Source: an uncultured delta proteobacterium (GTDB taxonomy: Bacteria; Myxococcota_A; Polyangia; Fen-1088). From it: 64,000 nucleotides of DNA. Shown here piece by piece: positions 1 to 9,183 of the stretch. Every line of letters starts with the position of its first letter. Within the stretch, counting starts at the first letter, position 1. The notes under the pieces are model-generated. The model was given only the letters and a program-made list of their open reading frames with translations, had not been told where the DNA came from and ran no database searches. The stretch covers positions 576,001 to 640,000 of the forward strand of contig CAVYGB010000008.1 of assembly GCA_963767925.1 (NCBI GenBank), given 5' to 3'. The translations under genes were made by a program, and so were the position numbers.

Positions 1-71
1 GTCATCAGCAGCGCCGTGCACCGACAGAGGATCAGGAAGAAGCCGATCAGCACTGGCGCCCAGGCGCCCAT
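1..71 (-). CDS. fliR: Flagellar export protein FliR, N-terminus only (runs off window)
   Basis: Manual translation from ATG at 71: MGAWAPVLIGFFLILCRCTALLMT, a FliR-like first TM segment; directly downstream of fliQ. Confidence 0.75.
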   Translation of the reverse strand, partial: MGAWAPVLIGFFLILCRCTALLM

Positions 72-80
72 CTGACCGAC

Positions 81-341
81 CTATGCGCCCTCGGCGATGC
101 GCTGGAGGGCCAGCTTGAAGTACTGAGCCAGGTGCTCGACCATCCAGCCGCCGAGGACGGCCACCACGATGACCCCCGCCGTCAGGCGGGGCAGAAAGCC
201 CACCGCCGGGTCGTTGATCTGGGTCGCGGCCTGCAGGACCCCGATCACCAGGCCGGCCAGCATGAGCGCGCCGAGGACCGGGGCCGAGATCTCCGCGAGC
301 ACGAGCAGGCCCTCGCGGACCAGGTTCTCGGCGCCGCCCAT
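81..341 (-). CDS. fliQ: Flagellar export protein FliQ
   Basis: 86 aa hydrophobic; GLVIGVLQAATQINDPAVGFLPRL matches the FliQ QAxTQIxE/D motif; operon context. Confidence 0.93.
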   Translation of the reverse strand: MGGAENLVREGLLVLAEISAPVLGALMLAGLVIGVLQAATQINDPAVGFLPRLTAGVIVVAVLGGWMVEHLAQYFKLALQRIAEGA

Positions 342-1036
342 CAGAAGCTCCGCACCAGCGAGGAGACAACCAGGTGCCAGCCTCCGGCCAGCAGGAACAC
401 CCCCAGCTTGAGCGGCAGGGCGATCAAGGTGGGCGGCACCATCATCATGCCGAGGGACATGAGGATGCTCGCCACGAGCAGATCGATGAGCAACATCGGG
501 ATGAAGATGTAGAGCCCCATGCGGAAGGCGGTGCCGAGCTCGGAGATCATGAAAGAGGGGACCAGCACCGCCATGGGGATGGGTTCGCCCCGGGCTGGCG
601 CCGGTCGCTGCGAGATCTCGAAGAACAGGCGGAGGTCGTCCTCCCGGGTGTGCTGCAACATCCAGTCGCCCAGCGGGCGCTCGGCCCGGCGGAGCGCCTC
701 CGTCACCGGGATCTTGTCGTCGAGCAGGGGAGCCAGCGCCTGGTCGTAGATCTGGTTGAAGGTGGGGGCCATGATGAACATGGTCAGAAACAGGGACAGC
801 CCGAGCAGGATCTGGTTGGGCGGGAGCGCGGGCGTTCCCAGGGCCTGCCGCAGGAACGAGAAGACGATGATGATGCGGGTGAAGCTGGTGACCGAGAGGA
901 GCAGGGCCGAGGCGAACGACAGGAAGGTGAGGAAGAGGAAGAGCTTGACCGCCGAGGAGCCGGCGCTGGCTCCCGCCGCCTGGGCTCCCGCCCGGACCGC
1001 CGCCAGCAGCGGATCGGTGGCGGTCGTGTCATTCAT
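341..1036 (-). CDS. fliP: Flagellar export pore protein FliP
   Basis: TSFTRIIIVFSFLRQALG..PPNQIL, PSFMISEL, MSLGMMMVPP..LPLKL motifs. Confidence 0.96.
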   Translation of the reverse strand: MNDTTATDPLLAAVRAGAQAAGASAGSSAVKLFLFLTFLSFASALLLSVTSFTRIIIVFSFLRQALGTPALPPNQILLGLSLFLTMFIMAPTFNQIYDQALAPLLDDKIPVTEALRRAERPLGDWMLQHTREDDLRLFFEISQRPAPARGEPIPMAVLVPSFMISELGTAFRMGLYIFIPMLLIDLLVASILMSLGMMMVPPTLIALPLKLGVFLLAGGWHLVVSSLVRSF

Positions 1037-2247
1037 TTGACCTGGCCACCTCGACCGGACTGCAGCCGCCGGCGCAGCTCCTCGTCCTCCATGGTGTCGT
1101 CGAGCAGGTCCTTGAAGTCCTCGGCCATGGTGCTGGGCCCCTCGTCGTCTTCGCTGGCCACGGCGGCGCGCTCGCGCGTGCGGCGGAACAGGCGGGACAA
1201 CATCCCCTTTTCACCCTCGGGAGGCAGCTCCTCCTCGATGATGTCCTCGGGCGCGGGCTCCACCTCTTCGCTGGTGCCGGTGCCGCCCAGCCCGGGGGGC
1301 AGGGGGGTCAGCAGGGTGATGCCAGCCTCGCTGGTGCCGAGGATGAGGCGGTCGCCGTTCACCTCGGCGACAACCAGGGCGCGCCGGGGGCCCAAGGACG
1401 CGGTCTCGACGATGCGGATCATGCCGCCCCCGGTGCGGCGACGCTGGCGCCACAGCAGGAGGATGGAGACGCCGGCGAGCACCACCACCGAGAGGATCCA
1501 GCCGAAGGGCACGCCCGAGGGCGGCGCCGGCGCCGGCCGCAGGGAGCTCGGGCGAGAGGCCCGCTCCTCGCTGCGCGGCAGGGGCGGGCGGGCCTCCAGC
1601 ACCGGGGCGGGGGCCGCCGTCTCGGCGGGGGTGGGCCGGGCGCCCGTCGGAGCGGGCGCGGGGGTGGGGAGAGCGGCCGGCGCCGGCGCCGCCGCTCTGG
1701 TGACCGGCGGTGCCGCGGTCAGGGGCGCGGGCGCGGCCAGCTCGGCTGCCGCGGCGCCAGCCCGCAGCGAGGGCAGCCCGACCGGCGGGGGGCTGGGGGG
1801 CGGTGGGGGCGGCGCGGGCGGGGTGGCCACCTGGCCCACCCCGCTGTGCTGGCCGACCAGGCCGGCGATCGGCGCCGCCGCCGCGTTGCAGGTGATGCTG
1901 GCCCGCACCCGGTTCTCCACCAGGGTGACCGCGACCGGGCCCGCGCAGGCCACGCCCGCCGCCAGCGGCACCTGGAGCTTGGTGTAGGTCGAGCGAGGAA
2001 ACACGCCGATCTGTCGCTGGCCCGGCGCCCCGAAGCTGCGGCGCCCGCTCTCGACCGCCGCGCCTTCGATATAGAGGGCCAGCCCCTGGGCGGTCAGCTT
2101 GGTGCGGACGTCGTGGCGGGCCACCGGCTCGGAGGTGAGCGCCTCGATGATGAGCTGTCCGTCCTGGAGGGCGGTGCCAGCGTCGAGGATCTTCGCCGAG
2201 GCATCGGCGAGCACCAGGGAGGGCAGCAGAGCGGCAAGAACGTGCAT
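1033..2247 (-). CDS. fliO: Extended FliO-like protein (signal peptide, periplasmic domain, Pro/Ala linker, TM, FliO domain)
   Basis: TM followed by IRIVETASLGPRRALVVAEVNGDRLILGTSEAGITLL, typical FliO; lies between fliN and fliP. Confidence 0.8.
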   Translation of the reverse strand: MHVLAALLPSLVLADASAKILDAGTALQDGQLIIEALTSEPVARHDVRTKLTAQGLALYIEGAAVESGRRSFGAPGQRQIGVFPRSTYTKLQVPLAAGVACAGPVAVTLVENRVRASITCNAAAAPIAGLVGQHSGVGQVATPPAPPPPPPSPPPVGLPSLRAGAAAAELAAPAPLTAAPPVTRAAAPAPAALPTPAPAPTGARPTPAETAAPAPVLEARPPLPRSEERASRPSSLRPAPAPPSGVPFGWILSVVVLAGVSILLLWRQRRRTGGGMIRIVETASLGPRRALVVAEVNGDRLILGTSEAGITLLTPLPPGLGGTGTSEEVEPAPEDIIEEELPPEGEKGMLSRLFRRTRERAAVASEDDEGPSTMAEDFKDLLDDTMEDEELRRRLQSGRGGQVK

Positions 2248-2265
2248 GGACCTACTCCTTGAATC

Positions 2266-2568
2266 TCAGCGCAGTCGGGCGATGCGCTCGGCGGGGCTCA
2301 CGATGTCGGTGATCCGGACGCCGAACTTGTCGTTGACCACCACCGCCTCTCCCCGGGCGACGAGGCGGTCGTTGACGAGGATGTCGAGGGGCTCACCCGC
2401 GACCTTGTCGAGCTCGATGACCGAGCCGGGCCCCAGTCCCAGCAGCTCCTGGATCGACATGCGGGTGCGACCGAGCTCGACCGAGAGCTCGAGGGGCACA
2501 TCGAGCAGGAGCTCGAGGCGGCGGCTGGGGGGGGCAGTGCTCGGGGGGGCAGGGGCGTTCGGATCCAT
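2266..2568 (-). CDS. fliN: Flagellar motor switch protein FliN
   Basis: [55 protein letters not shown]poA domain. Confidence 0.96.
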   Translation of the reverse strand: MDPNAPAPPSTAPPSRRLELLLDVPLELSVELGRTRMSIQELLGLGPGSVIELDKVAGEPLDILVNDRLVARGEAVVVNDKFGVRITDIVSPAERIARLR

Positions 2569-2586
2569 GACTCGCGCTGGTCCCTT

Positions 2587-3654
2587 TCAAGCGGCGGGCC
2601 GAATCGGGGGCAGCTCGCCAGGTCCGGTCGATTCCCGGGTCGGCTTCTCTTCCGGGGGCCCGGCCAGCGGTCCGAAGGTGCGCTCTACCGCGACCGCCAT
2701 GCTCCCGTTGACCACCCGGGGCGCGCCGCTCGACTTCAAGCGGCCCTCCACGAAGATGGGCAGCGGGACGTTTTCGCTGGAGTTGAGGGTGAGCACGTCG
2801 CCCACCTGGAGCGCCAGCAGCTCCGACAGGTTGACGGTTCGCCGCCCGATCTCCACCCGCAGGCTCACATCGACCTGCTCCAGCTCGCGGGCCATGGTGG
2901 CGGAGAACCGCGCGTCGCCGTCCCCCCGTTCCCCGAGGCGGGGCGGGGAGGCCAGCAGCTTCTTGGCTGGCTCGACCGCGGCGTAGGGCACCACGAGCTG
3001 GGCCCGTCCGGCGAGGGTCCCGGCGATCTCGAAGGGGCAGACGATCGCCACGTCGCTGGCGGGGGCGATCACCGCCATGCGTGGGTCGGACTCGAAGCGC
3101 AGCACCTCCGGTCGAAAGGCCAGCACGTCGGCCCAGGCCACCGCCATCGCCTCGGCCATCAGGCCCAGCAGGTGGCGGAGCACCAGCCGCTCGACGTTCG
3201 TGAGCTCGGTCCGCTGCTCGTTGGCGCCCTCGCGCGGCGCCTCGGCCCGCGCCTTGCGGTCGCCGAGCGCGCCCGCCAGCAGGGACTGGGCCAGCGTCCC
3301 CTCGAGCAGGATGGCCGCCAGGCCATGGCCCCCCCCCAGCGTCAGGATGCCGACAGTTGTGGGCGGCGCCAGGAGTCCCTGCACATCCGCGAACTTGAGC
3401 AAGGTGGCCGCGCCCGAGGTGACGCGGGCGTCGAGCCGCAGGCGCCCCGACAGTGAGCGGCCGAACAGCGACGCGATCCTATCGTTGATCGCGTCCAGGG
3501 TGGGCATCTGCCCCCGGATGATCCGGTCCTGGCTCGTGAGATCGTAGGGGACCACGGGGCCCCGAGCCCCCGCGCCCGCGCCCGGCGCCAGGCGACCATC
3601 CTGGATCGCCTGCATGAGGGCTTCGACTTCGCTGGCGTCAAGAGGAGATGACAC
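2587..3654 (-). CDS. fliM: Flagellar motor switch protein FliM
   Basis: N-terminal LDASEVEALM (CheY-binding-like), YDLTSQDRIIRGQMPTL, C-terminal SpoA domain. Confidence 0.93.
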   Translation of the reverse strand: MSSPLDASEVEALMQAIQDGRLAPGAGAGARGPVVPYDLTSQDRIIRGQMPTLDAINDRIASLFGRSLSGRLRLDARVTSGAATLLKFADVQGLLAPPTTVGILTLGGGHGLAAILLEGTLAQSLLAGALGDRKARAEAPREGANEQRTELTNVERLVLRHLLGLMAEAMAVAWADVLAFRPEVLRFESDPRMAVIAPASDVAIVCPFEIAGTLAGRAQLVVPYAAVEPAKKLLASPPRLGERGDGDARFSATMARELEQVDVSLRVEIGRRTVNLSELLALQVGDVLTLNSSENVPLPIFVEGRLKSSGAPRVVNGSMAVAVERTFGPLAGPPEEKPTRESTGPGELPPIRPAA

Positions 3655-3672
3655 GTCGGCCGAGGACCCCAG

Positions 3673-4218
3673 CTACTGGATGATGAAATCCGTTATGTAC
3701 AGCTTGCGGATGGGGTGGCCGGGGACGATGTCGTCGATGCGTTTGATGAGCGTCGCCTTGGTGCGCTCCATGGCCTCGCTCCCGCGCAGCTCATCGAGAG
3801 TCCGGTCGGCGAAGTAGGAGATCACGACGTCACGGATGGGGGAGAGGTAGGCGGTCACGGCCGCCTGTTCGGCCTCGTTGCCCACCTCGACGTCGAAGGC
3901 CAGCCGCACGTAGCGATCGGCATCGACGGTCTTGAGCTGGATGACGAAATTCTCGAGCTTCAGGATTGGCCCCGGCCGCGGCGGGCCGGCGGCGGGGCCC
4001 CCGTGCTCCCCGTTGCCACTGGCTTCGCCCTCCGCCTTGGCCCCGGCGGCCTTGGCCCCGGCCGCACCCTGCTCGGCGGGCCGCTTCATGGAATAGAAGA
4101 GCACGCCGCCCATGAGCGCGGTGTTGAGCAAGAGCATGATGGGCATGAGCTTGCCGCCACCCTTGCCTCCCGCCTCCGCCGCCGCTTTCTCTCCCGCGAG
4201 CTCGCCTTTTTCTTCCAT
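3673..4218 (-). CDS. fliL: Flagellar basal body-associated protein FliL
   Basis: N-terminal TM, LENFVIQL..RYVRL..IRDVVI..LYITDFIIQ C-terminus typical of FliL. Confidence 0.92.
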   Translation of the reverse strand: MEEKGELAGEKAAAEAGGKGGGKLMPIMLLLNTALMGGVLFYSMKRPAEQGAAGAKAAGAKAEGEASGNGEHGGPAAGPPRPGPILKLENFVIQLKTVDADRYVRLAFDVEVGNEAEQAAVTAYLSPIRDVVISYFADRTLDELRGSEAMERTKATLIKRIDDIVPGHPIRKLYITDFIIQ

Positions 4219-4241
4219 CGCGTGTCCGGTGCTCCTCCGTA

Positions 4242-4257
4242 GGCAAGCCTCGTGCCG
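4242..4257 (-). promoter_or_regulatory. Putative sigma54 (-24/-12) promoter of the fliL operon
   Basis: Minus strand CGGCACGAGGCTTGCC: GG-N10-GC with GGCAC and TTGC, followed by GGAGGAG RBS before fliL. Confidence 0.7.
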
Positions 4258-4404
4258 CTCCGCTGCCTGGCCCGGCGCCCGGGCGCGCTGGAACTGCGCG
4301 AATCGATTGACGCCGCGAAACGCCCGATCCGTCTCCGCGTCAGCACGCTGGCGCGGTAGCGGTCTCGCACGTCAGATTGCTGGCGCCGCGGGCCCGCCGA
4401 CGCC

Positions 4405-5997
4405 GTGAAATCGGGCTCGCGAACCGGGATCAGCTCGGCGCGTGGGTTGCATCGTTCCAGCGCCGTGGAGGCTCCACTCAAAGCGAAGCTGGAACGGAGC
4501 ACGACCTTGCCCACGCTGCCTGCGGTGGCGGTGCGCGTGCTCGAGCTCTGCCAGCGGGAGAACCTCGACCTCTCGGAGATCGCCAACCTCGTCGGCCACG
4601 ACCCGGCCCTGGCGGCCAAGACGCTGAAGACCGTCAACTCGCCGGCCTTTGCCCTGCGCCAGGAAGTGCGCACCCTCTCGCACGCGGTCGCCCTCCTGGG
4701 CGTCAACGCCGTCCGCACCCTGATCCTCTCGTTCTCCCTGATGCGCGACGTGCGACGCTCGCAGCGGTCCGCCCTCACCACCTACTGGAAGCGCTCGCTC
4801 CTGGCGGGCCTCAGCGCCCGCGAGCTGGCCGTCGAGCTGGGCTACCAGGCGCGCGAGGAGGCCTTCCTGGCCGGGCTGCTCCAGGACATCGGCGTGCTGG
4901 CCCTGCGCCAGATAGGTGACCCCAGCTACAACGACCTGCTCGAGTCGGCGGCCTACGATCACGAGCGGATCCTGGCGGGCGAGCGGGCCACCTTCGAGAG
5001 CGACCACTCCGAGGTGGGCGCCTGGCTGGTGGGCAAATGGCGCTTGCCCGAGGCGTTTCGCATCGCCGTGGCCTACAGCCACCGGCCCTGGCGCATCGAG
5101 CCCGGCTTCAGCGAGGAGCTCGCCACCCTGATCCGCATCACCGCCCTCTCCGGCACCATCGCCGACATCTGGATCCGCCCCGACGCCCCGGGCGCGGCCC
5201 AGCGGGCCCACATCGAGGCCAGCAAGATCTTCCGCCGGACCCCGCTGATCCTCGAGGAGGTGGTCAAGCGGATCGGGTCCTCCATCCAGGACGTGGCCAG
5301 CCTGTTCGAGATCGACCTCGGCAGCGCCCAGGGCAACGACCTGGTCCTCGAGCAGGCCCAGGAGGCCCTGGCCATCGTCAACGTCGGCGGCAGCGCCACA
5401 TCTTTGACTCCCTCCGCGGGCACCTCCAGCGGGGGAGCCCGGCCGCGCCGAAAGAACAGCGAGACCGAGCGGGACGCCGCCACCGGCCTGGCGAGCTGGG
5501 CCTGGGCCGAGCGGTACCTGAGCGAGCAGCTCGCCCTGACCCGGCAGAACGGAGAGGCCCTCGGCGTGATCGTGGCCGAGCTGGATCAGTGGGGGGCCCA
5601 AAAGGAGACCTTCGAGCCCAGCCAGGCCGCCCGCCTGCTGCAAGCGGTGGCCGCCTGCCTCGACAGCCGCCTGCGCAAGCACGACCTCGTGGGCCACGAC
5701 GGGCAGGGCCGCTTCCTCTTCGTCCTGCCCGACACCAACAGCGCCGGCGTGAGCGTGGTGGCGGACCGCACCCGCCAGCTCGTCCAGGAGCTGCCCCCCC
5801 AGGCGCCGGGCGCGTCCGCGCTCGCCACCCTGTCGCTGGGATGCGCCACCCTCGAGGCCGGCGCCGCGGCCAGCGATCGGGATCTGCTGGCGGTGGCGGA
5901 GGAGGCGGTCGCCAGCGCCCGCGCCGCCGGGGGCAATCAGGTCGCGGCCCTCGATCCCGCCGTCGAGGTCCAGGCCGCTTCGGCTGATCAGAGGTAG
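4405..5997 (+). CDS. HDOD domain plus degenerate GGDEF domain protein
   Basis: LPTLPAVA..DPALAAKTLKTVNSP..AFLAGLLQDIG..DHSEVGAWL..WRLP (HDOD); C-terminal GGDEF fold with RKHDLVGHDGQGRF. Start uncertain. Confidence 0.88.
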   Translation: MKSGSRTGISSARGLHRSSAVEAPLKAKLERSTTLPTLPAVAVRVLELCQRENLDLSEIANLVGHDPALAAKTLKTVNSPAFALRQEVRTLSHAVALLGVNAVRTLILSFSLMRDVRRSQRSALTTYWKRSLLAGLSARELAVELGYQAREEAFLAGLLQDIGVLALRQIGDPSYNDLLESAAYDHERILAGERATFESDHSEVGAWLVGKWRLPEAFRIAVAYSHRPWRIEPGFSEELATLIRITALSGTIADIWIRPDAPGAAQRAHIEASKIFRRTPLILEEVVKRIGSSIQDVASLFEIDLGSAQGNDLVLEQAQEALAIVNVGGSATSLTPSAGTSSGGARPRRKNSETERDAATGLASWAWAERYLSEQLALTRQNGEALGVIVAELDQWGAQKETFEPSQAARLLQAVAACLDSRLRKHDLVGHDGQGRFLFVLPDTNSAGVSVVADRTRQLVQELPPQAPGASALATLSLGCATLEAGAAASDRDLLAVAEEAVASARAAGGNQVAALDPAVEVQAASADQR

Positions 5998-6959
5998 CGC
6001 AGCAGGTTCTCGACCTCGGCCCGCGACCCCAGGTAGAGGGGGGTGCGCTCGTGCAGGTCGTTCGGCACCCGATCCAGGATGCGGCCCGTGCCGTCGCTGG
6101 CCGCGCCCCCCGCCTGCTCGGCCAGGAAGGCCATCGGGTTGCACTCGTAGAGGAGGCGCAGCTTGCCCTTGGGCTGCTTCTCGGTGGGCGGGTAGAGGAA
6201 AATTCCGCCCTTGACCAGCGTGCGGTGGAAGTCGGCCACCAGCGACCCGATGTAGCGGCTGACGTAGGGCCCGGCCTCCCGGGTCTTGGTCCAGGCCAGG
6301 TACCTCCGGATCCCCTCGGGGAAGCTCTCCGCGTTGGCCTCGTTGCAGCTCAGGATGCGGCTGCCGGTGGTCGGCAGCGCCACGTGTTCGTTCGAGAGCA
6401 GGTAGGCCCCGATCTCGGGCTCCAGGGTGAACATGTGCACCCCCGCGCCGGTGGTGTAGGCCAGCACCGTGCTGCTGCTGTAAAGGACGTACCCCGCGGC
6501 CAGCATGCGGTTGCCCGGCTGCAGGACGTCGTCGAGCGGGGTGCCGCCGTCGCGCCGGGCGTAGATCGCGAAGATGGTCCCCACCGCCACGTTGCAGTCG
6601 AGGTTGCTCGATCCGTCGAGGGGGTCGAAAAGGACGACGTATTTCCCCTCGGCGACGTTTTTCGTGATGACGGGCTGCTGGTTCTCCTCCGAGACCATGA
6701 CGCTGACCTGGTCGCGGTAGCCCAGGCACTCCAGGATCACCTCATCGGCATAGCGGTCCATCTTGAGGATTGTCTCGCCCTGGAAGCTCTCGCCGCCGGC
6801 CGCCCCTCGCAGGTCCCCCAGGCCGATGCGGCGGACCTGGGCGGCGATGGCCTTGGTGGCCAGGGTGATGCCCGAGAGCAGCCAGCTGAACTCACCGGTC
6901 GCGGTGGCGTGCTGTCGCTGCTGCTCGGCGATGTGACGTTGCAGGGTCTTGACGTGCAT
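5988..6959 (-). CDS. fbp: Class I fructose-1,6-bisphosphatase
   Basis: VSEE, FDPLDGSSNLD, RYIGSLVADFHRTL, GKLRLLYECNPMAF motifs; start taken at MHVKTLQ. Confidence 0.96.
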   Translation of the reverse strand: MHVKTLQRHIAEQQRQHATATGEFSWLLSGITLATKAIAAQVRRIGLGDLRGAAGGESFQGETILKMDRYADEVILECLGYRDQVSVMVSEENQQPVITKNVAEGKYVVLFDPLDGSSNLDCNVAVGTIFAIYARRDGGTPLDDVLQPGNRMLAAGYVLYSSSTVLAYTTGAGVHMFTLEPEIGAYLLSNEHVALPTTGSRILSCNEANAESFPEGIRRYLAWTKTREAGPYVSRYIGSLVADFHRTLVKGGIFLYPPTEKQPKGKLRLLYECNPMAFLAEQAGGAASDGTGRILDRVPNDLHERTPLYLGSRAEVENLLRYL

Positions 6960-7136
6960 GCGCTCGGCGCCTCGCTCGCGTTTCGGGGGAAGGGCTCTCA
7001 CCTAGTTTCCCACGCGGGCGCGGCGTGGGCGAAGCGGTCGTTCCCCCCGGGCCGGGATTCCGGGGTGGGCGCCGGGCGCCGGGGTCAGGCGGCCACCCAC
7101 ACAACTCGCCCCCATCCCGGCCGAGAACCCCTCCCG

Positions 7137-9110
7137 ATGTCACGAGCCTGGATCCTTGTCGCCGGATGTCTGACCGCCGCCTGCGTCGGCGAGGACGTCG
7201 GCTTCTCCCAGGTCTTCCTGGCGCCCGCCCCCCATCCCGAGCGCCCGACCCCGGGCGCCACCCCCGACCGGGAGCGCCCCACCTGGACCATCCTGGTCTA
7301 CGGGCACGGGGACCACGACCTGTCGAACGCGCTGCTCTCCGATCTGGCGGAGATGGCCCGCGCCCACATCCCGCCCGAGGTCCAGCTGCTCGTCTTCGCC
7401 GACTGGGACGCCTCGCGGACCATCGCGGGCGGGTCCGATCCCTTTCCCGGCGGGGCGATCTGGTACCGGGTGCGCGGACAGGGGCAGGAGCTGGAACGGA
7501 TCGAGCACCGCGAAGAGCTCGACTTCGACGATCCGGCCGTGCTGGCGGCGGCGGTCGGCCAGGCCTTCACCGACTTCCCGGCCGACCGCCACGGGCTGGT
7601 CCTCTGGGATCACGGGGGGGCCTGGTCGGTCGGCTTCGGCGGCGACAGTCAGGACGGGACCCGCCGGCAGTCGCCCGGCCTCCCGGTCGACAAGGTCGCC
7701 ACCGCGGTGGCGGCGGGCCTGCGCCAGGCCGGCCTGACCGGCACCCGCCCGCTGGACTTCTTCTCCTTCGACGCCTGCCTGATGGGCGGCGCCGAGACCA
7801 TCACCGCCTTCCAGCACCTGGCCGAGGTCTTCCTGGCCGACGCCGAGCTGGACTACGGCGACGGCTGGGACTACACCGCCACCCTCGACTGGATCGGGGA
7901 GAACCTGGCCGCCGGCGCCCGAGAGCTGGCCGCCTTCGAGGTCTCTGCCTGGGACGCCCACCACCGGACGGCCAGCCTCAACGACGCCTTGCTCCGCTCG
8001 CACGTCGCCATCGACAACGCCCGCTGGCCAGCCTTCGTCGCCGCCACCCGCGACCTGGTGGGGGCCGCCGGCCGCCCGCTGGCGCCCGAGACCGTGGCCT
8101 CGGCCCTCCAGCACAGCCTCCCCGCTTACCGCTCACAGGTTACCAGCCCGGGCGGATCGCACCTGCGCGACCTCGGCGACCTGCTCGACAGCGTGGCCGC
8201 TGCGAGCGACCGGGACCTCGCCGCTGCCGCCGCTGCCGCCGCCAGCGCGGGCCGGGCGGCGCGCATCGCGGTCAGTGGTGGCAGCCTGCGCGAGGGCCAG
8301 CTCGGCGTGCACGTCTTCGCCGGTCCGCCCCTCGCGCTGCCCGCCGCCGACGTCGAGCGCTACCCCCGGCTGGCCCGCCCCTGGGCCGCCGGCAGCGGCT
8401 GGGGCGAGCTGCTGCAGCAGCTCCGGACGCTGGCGGACGGCGAGGGGCCCGGCATCGTGGGGATCCGCGGATCCGCCACGGCGACCTTCGATCTGATCGG
8501 TGGCGACGTCGCCCGCGTCGAGGTGATCCTGCTGCAACAACAACCCGGTCCGGCGCTGCGGCCGGCCATCGCTCGGGGCACGCTGGCCAGCGCCTTCGTC
8601 CGGGCCGGTCGCTACGACTTCTCCTGGGGCGGGCGGGTCTGGCAGCTCGCCAGCGACACGGTGACCGCCGACGTCACGCTCGAGCCGTGGATCTGGCAGG
8701 TCCGGGACGGCACGCTCGAGGCGCCCGTCCTCGCCGTCCGGGGGATCGTGCGGGCCTCCTCGGGCGAGGCGCTCGACAGCGCCCTGCTCGTCGACGCCGG
8801 GACCCTCGAGGCCACCGCCTTCCTGGTGGCCAGCCCGGCCAGCCCCGATCGACCGGCCGTGCACGACCTGTCCACCCTGCGGGAGGCCGACCCGGGCGCC
8901 GCCTTCCTGCCCGTCCTGGGCACGGTGGACCTTCGCTCTGGCGCCGCGTCGGCCTTGCCCCCGGGCGCAGCCGTCCCGCTGGGCGGCGGCTCCGGCAAGC
9001 TCGCGCTGCGCCAGTCGGACCCCGATCCCGGCGAATACCTTCTCCTTGTGCGGTCCGCCGACGTCTGGGGCAACGAGACCCGCACCCTCTTCCCGCTGGC
9101 CGTCCCCTGA
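7137..9110 (+). CDS. Clostripain-family (C11) cysteine peptidase, probable lipoprotein
   Basis: Signal MSRAWILVAGCLTAAC; WTILVY..D.DL, LVLWDHGGAW (catalytic His), FDACLMG (catalytic Cys). Confidence 0.85.
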   Translation: MSRAWILVAGCLTAACVGEDVGFSQVFLAPAPHPERPTPGATPDRERPTWTILVYGHGDHDLSNALLSDLAEMARAHIPPEVQLLVFADWDASRTIAGGSDPFPGGAIWYRVRGQGQELERIEHREELDFDDPAVLAAAVGQAFTDFPADRHGLVLWDHGGAWSVGFGGDSQDGTRRQSPGLPVDKVATAVAAGLRQAGLTGTRPLDFFSFDACLMGGAETITAFQHLAEVFLADAELDYGDGWDYTATLDWIGENLAAGARELAAFEVSAWDAHHRTASLNDALLRSHVAIDNARWPAFVAATRDLVGAAGRPLAPETVASALQHSLPAYRSQVTSPGGSHLRDLGDLLDSVAAASDRDLAAAAAAAASAGRAARIAVSGGSLREGQLGVHVFAGPPLALPAADVERYPRLARPWAAGSGWGELLQQLRTLADGEGPGIVGIRGSATATFDLIGGDVARVEVILLQQQPGPALRPAIARGTLASAFVRAGRYDFSWGGRVWQLASDTVTADVTLEPWIWQVRDGTLEAPVLAVRGIVRASSGEALDSALLVDAGTLEATAFLVASPASPDRPAVHDLSTLREADPGAAFLPVLGTVDLRSGAASALPPGAAVPLGGGSGKLALRQSDPDPGEYLLLVRSADVWGNETRTLFPLAVP

Positions 9111-9183
9111 CCGCCCGGGCCGGGGACCGGTCGAGAAGCCCGACCACCTCCCCGAGGGTCTGGTACGTTACCGGGTCCATCGG

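Noticed and set aside
81..4218. Non-flagellar type III secretion system
   Set aside because: FliL, full FliM and FliO are flagellum-specific.
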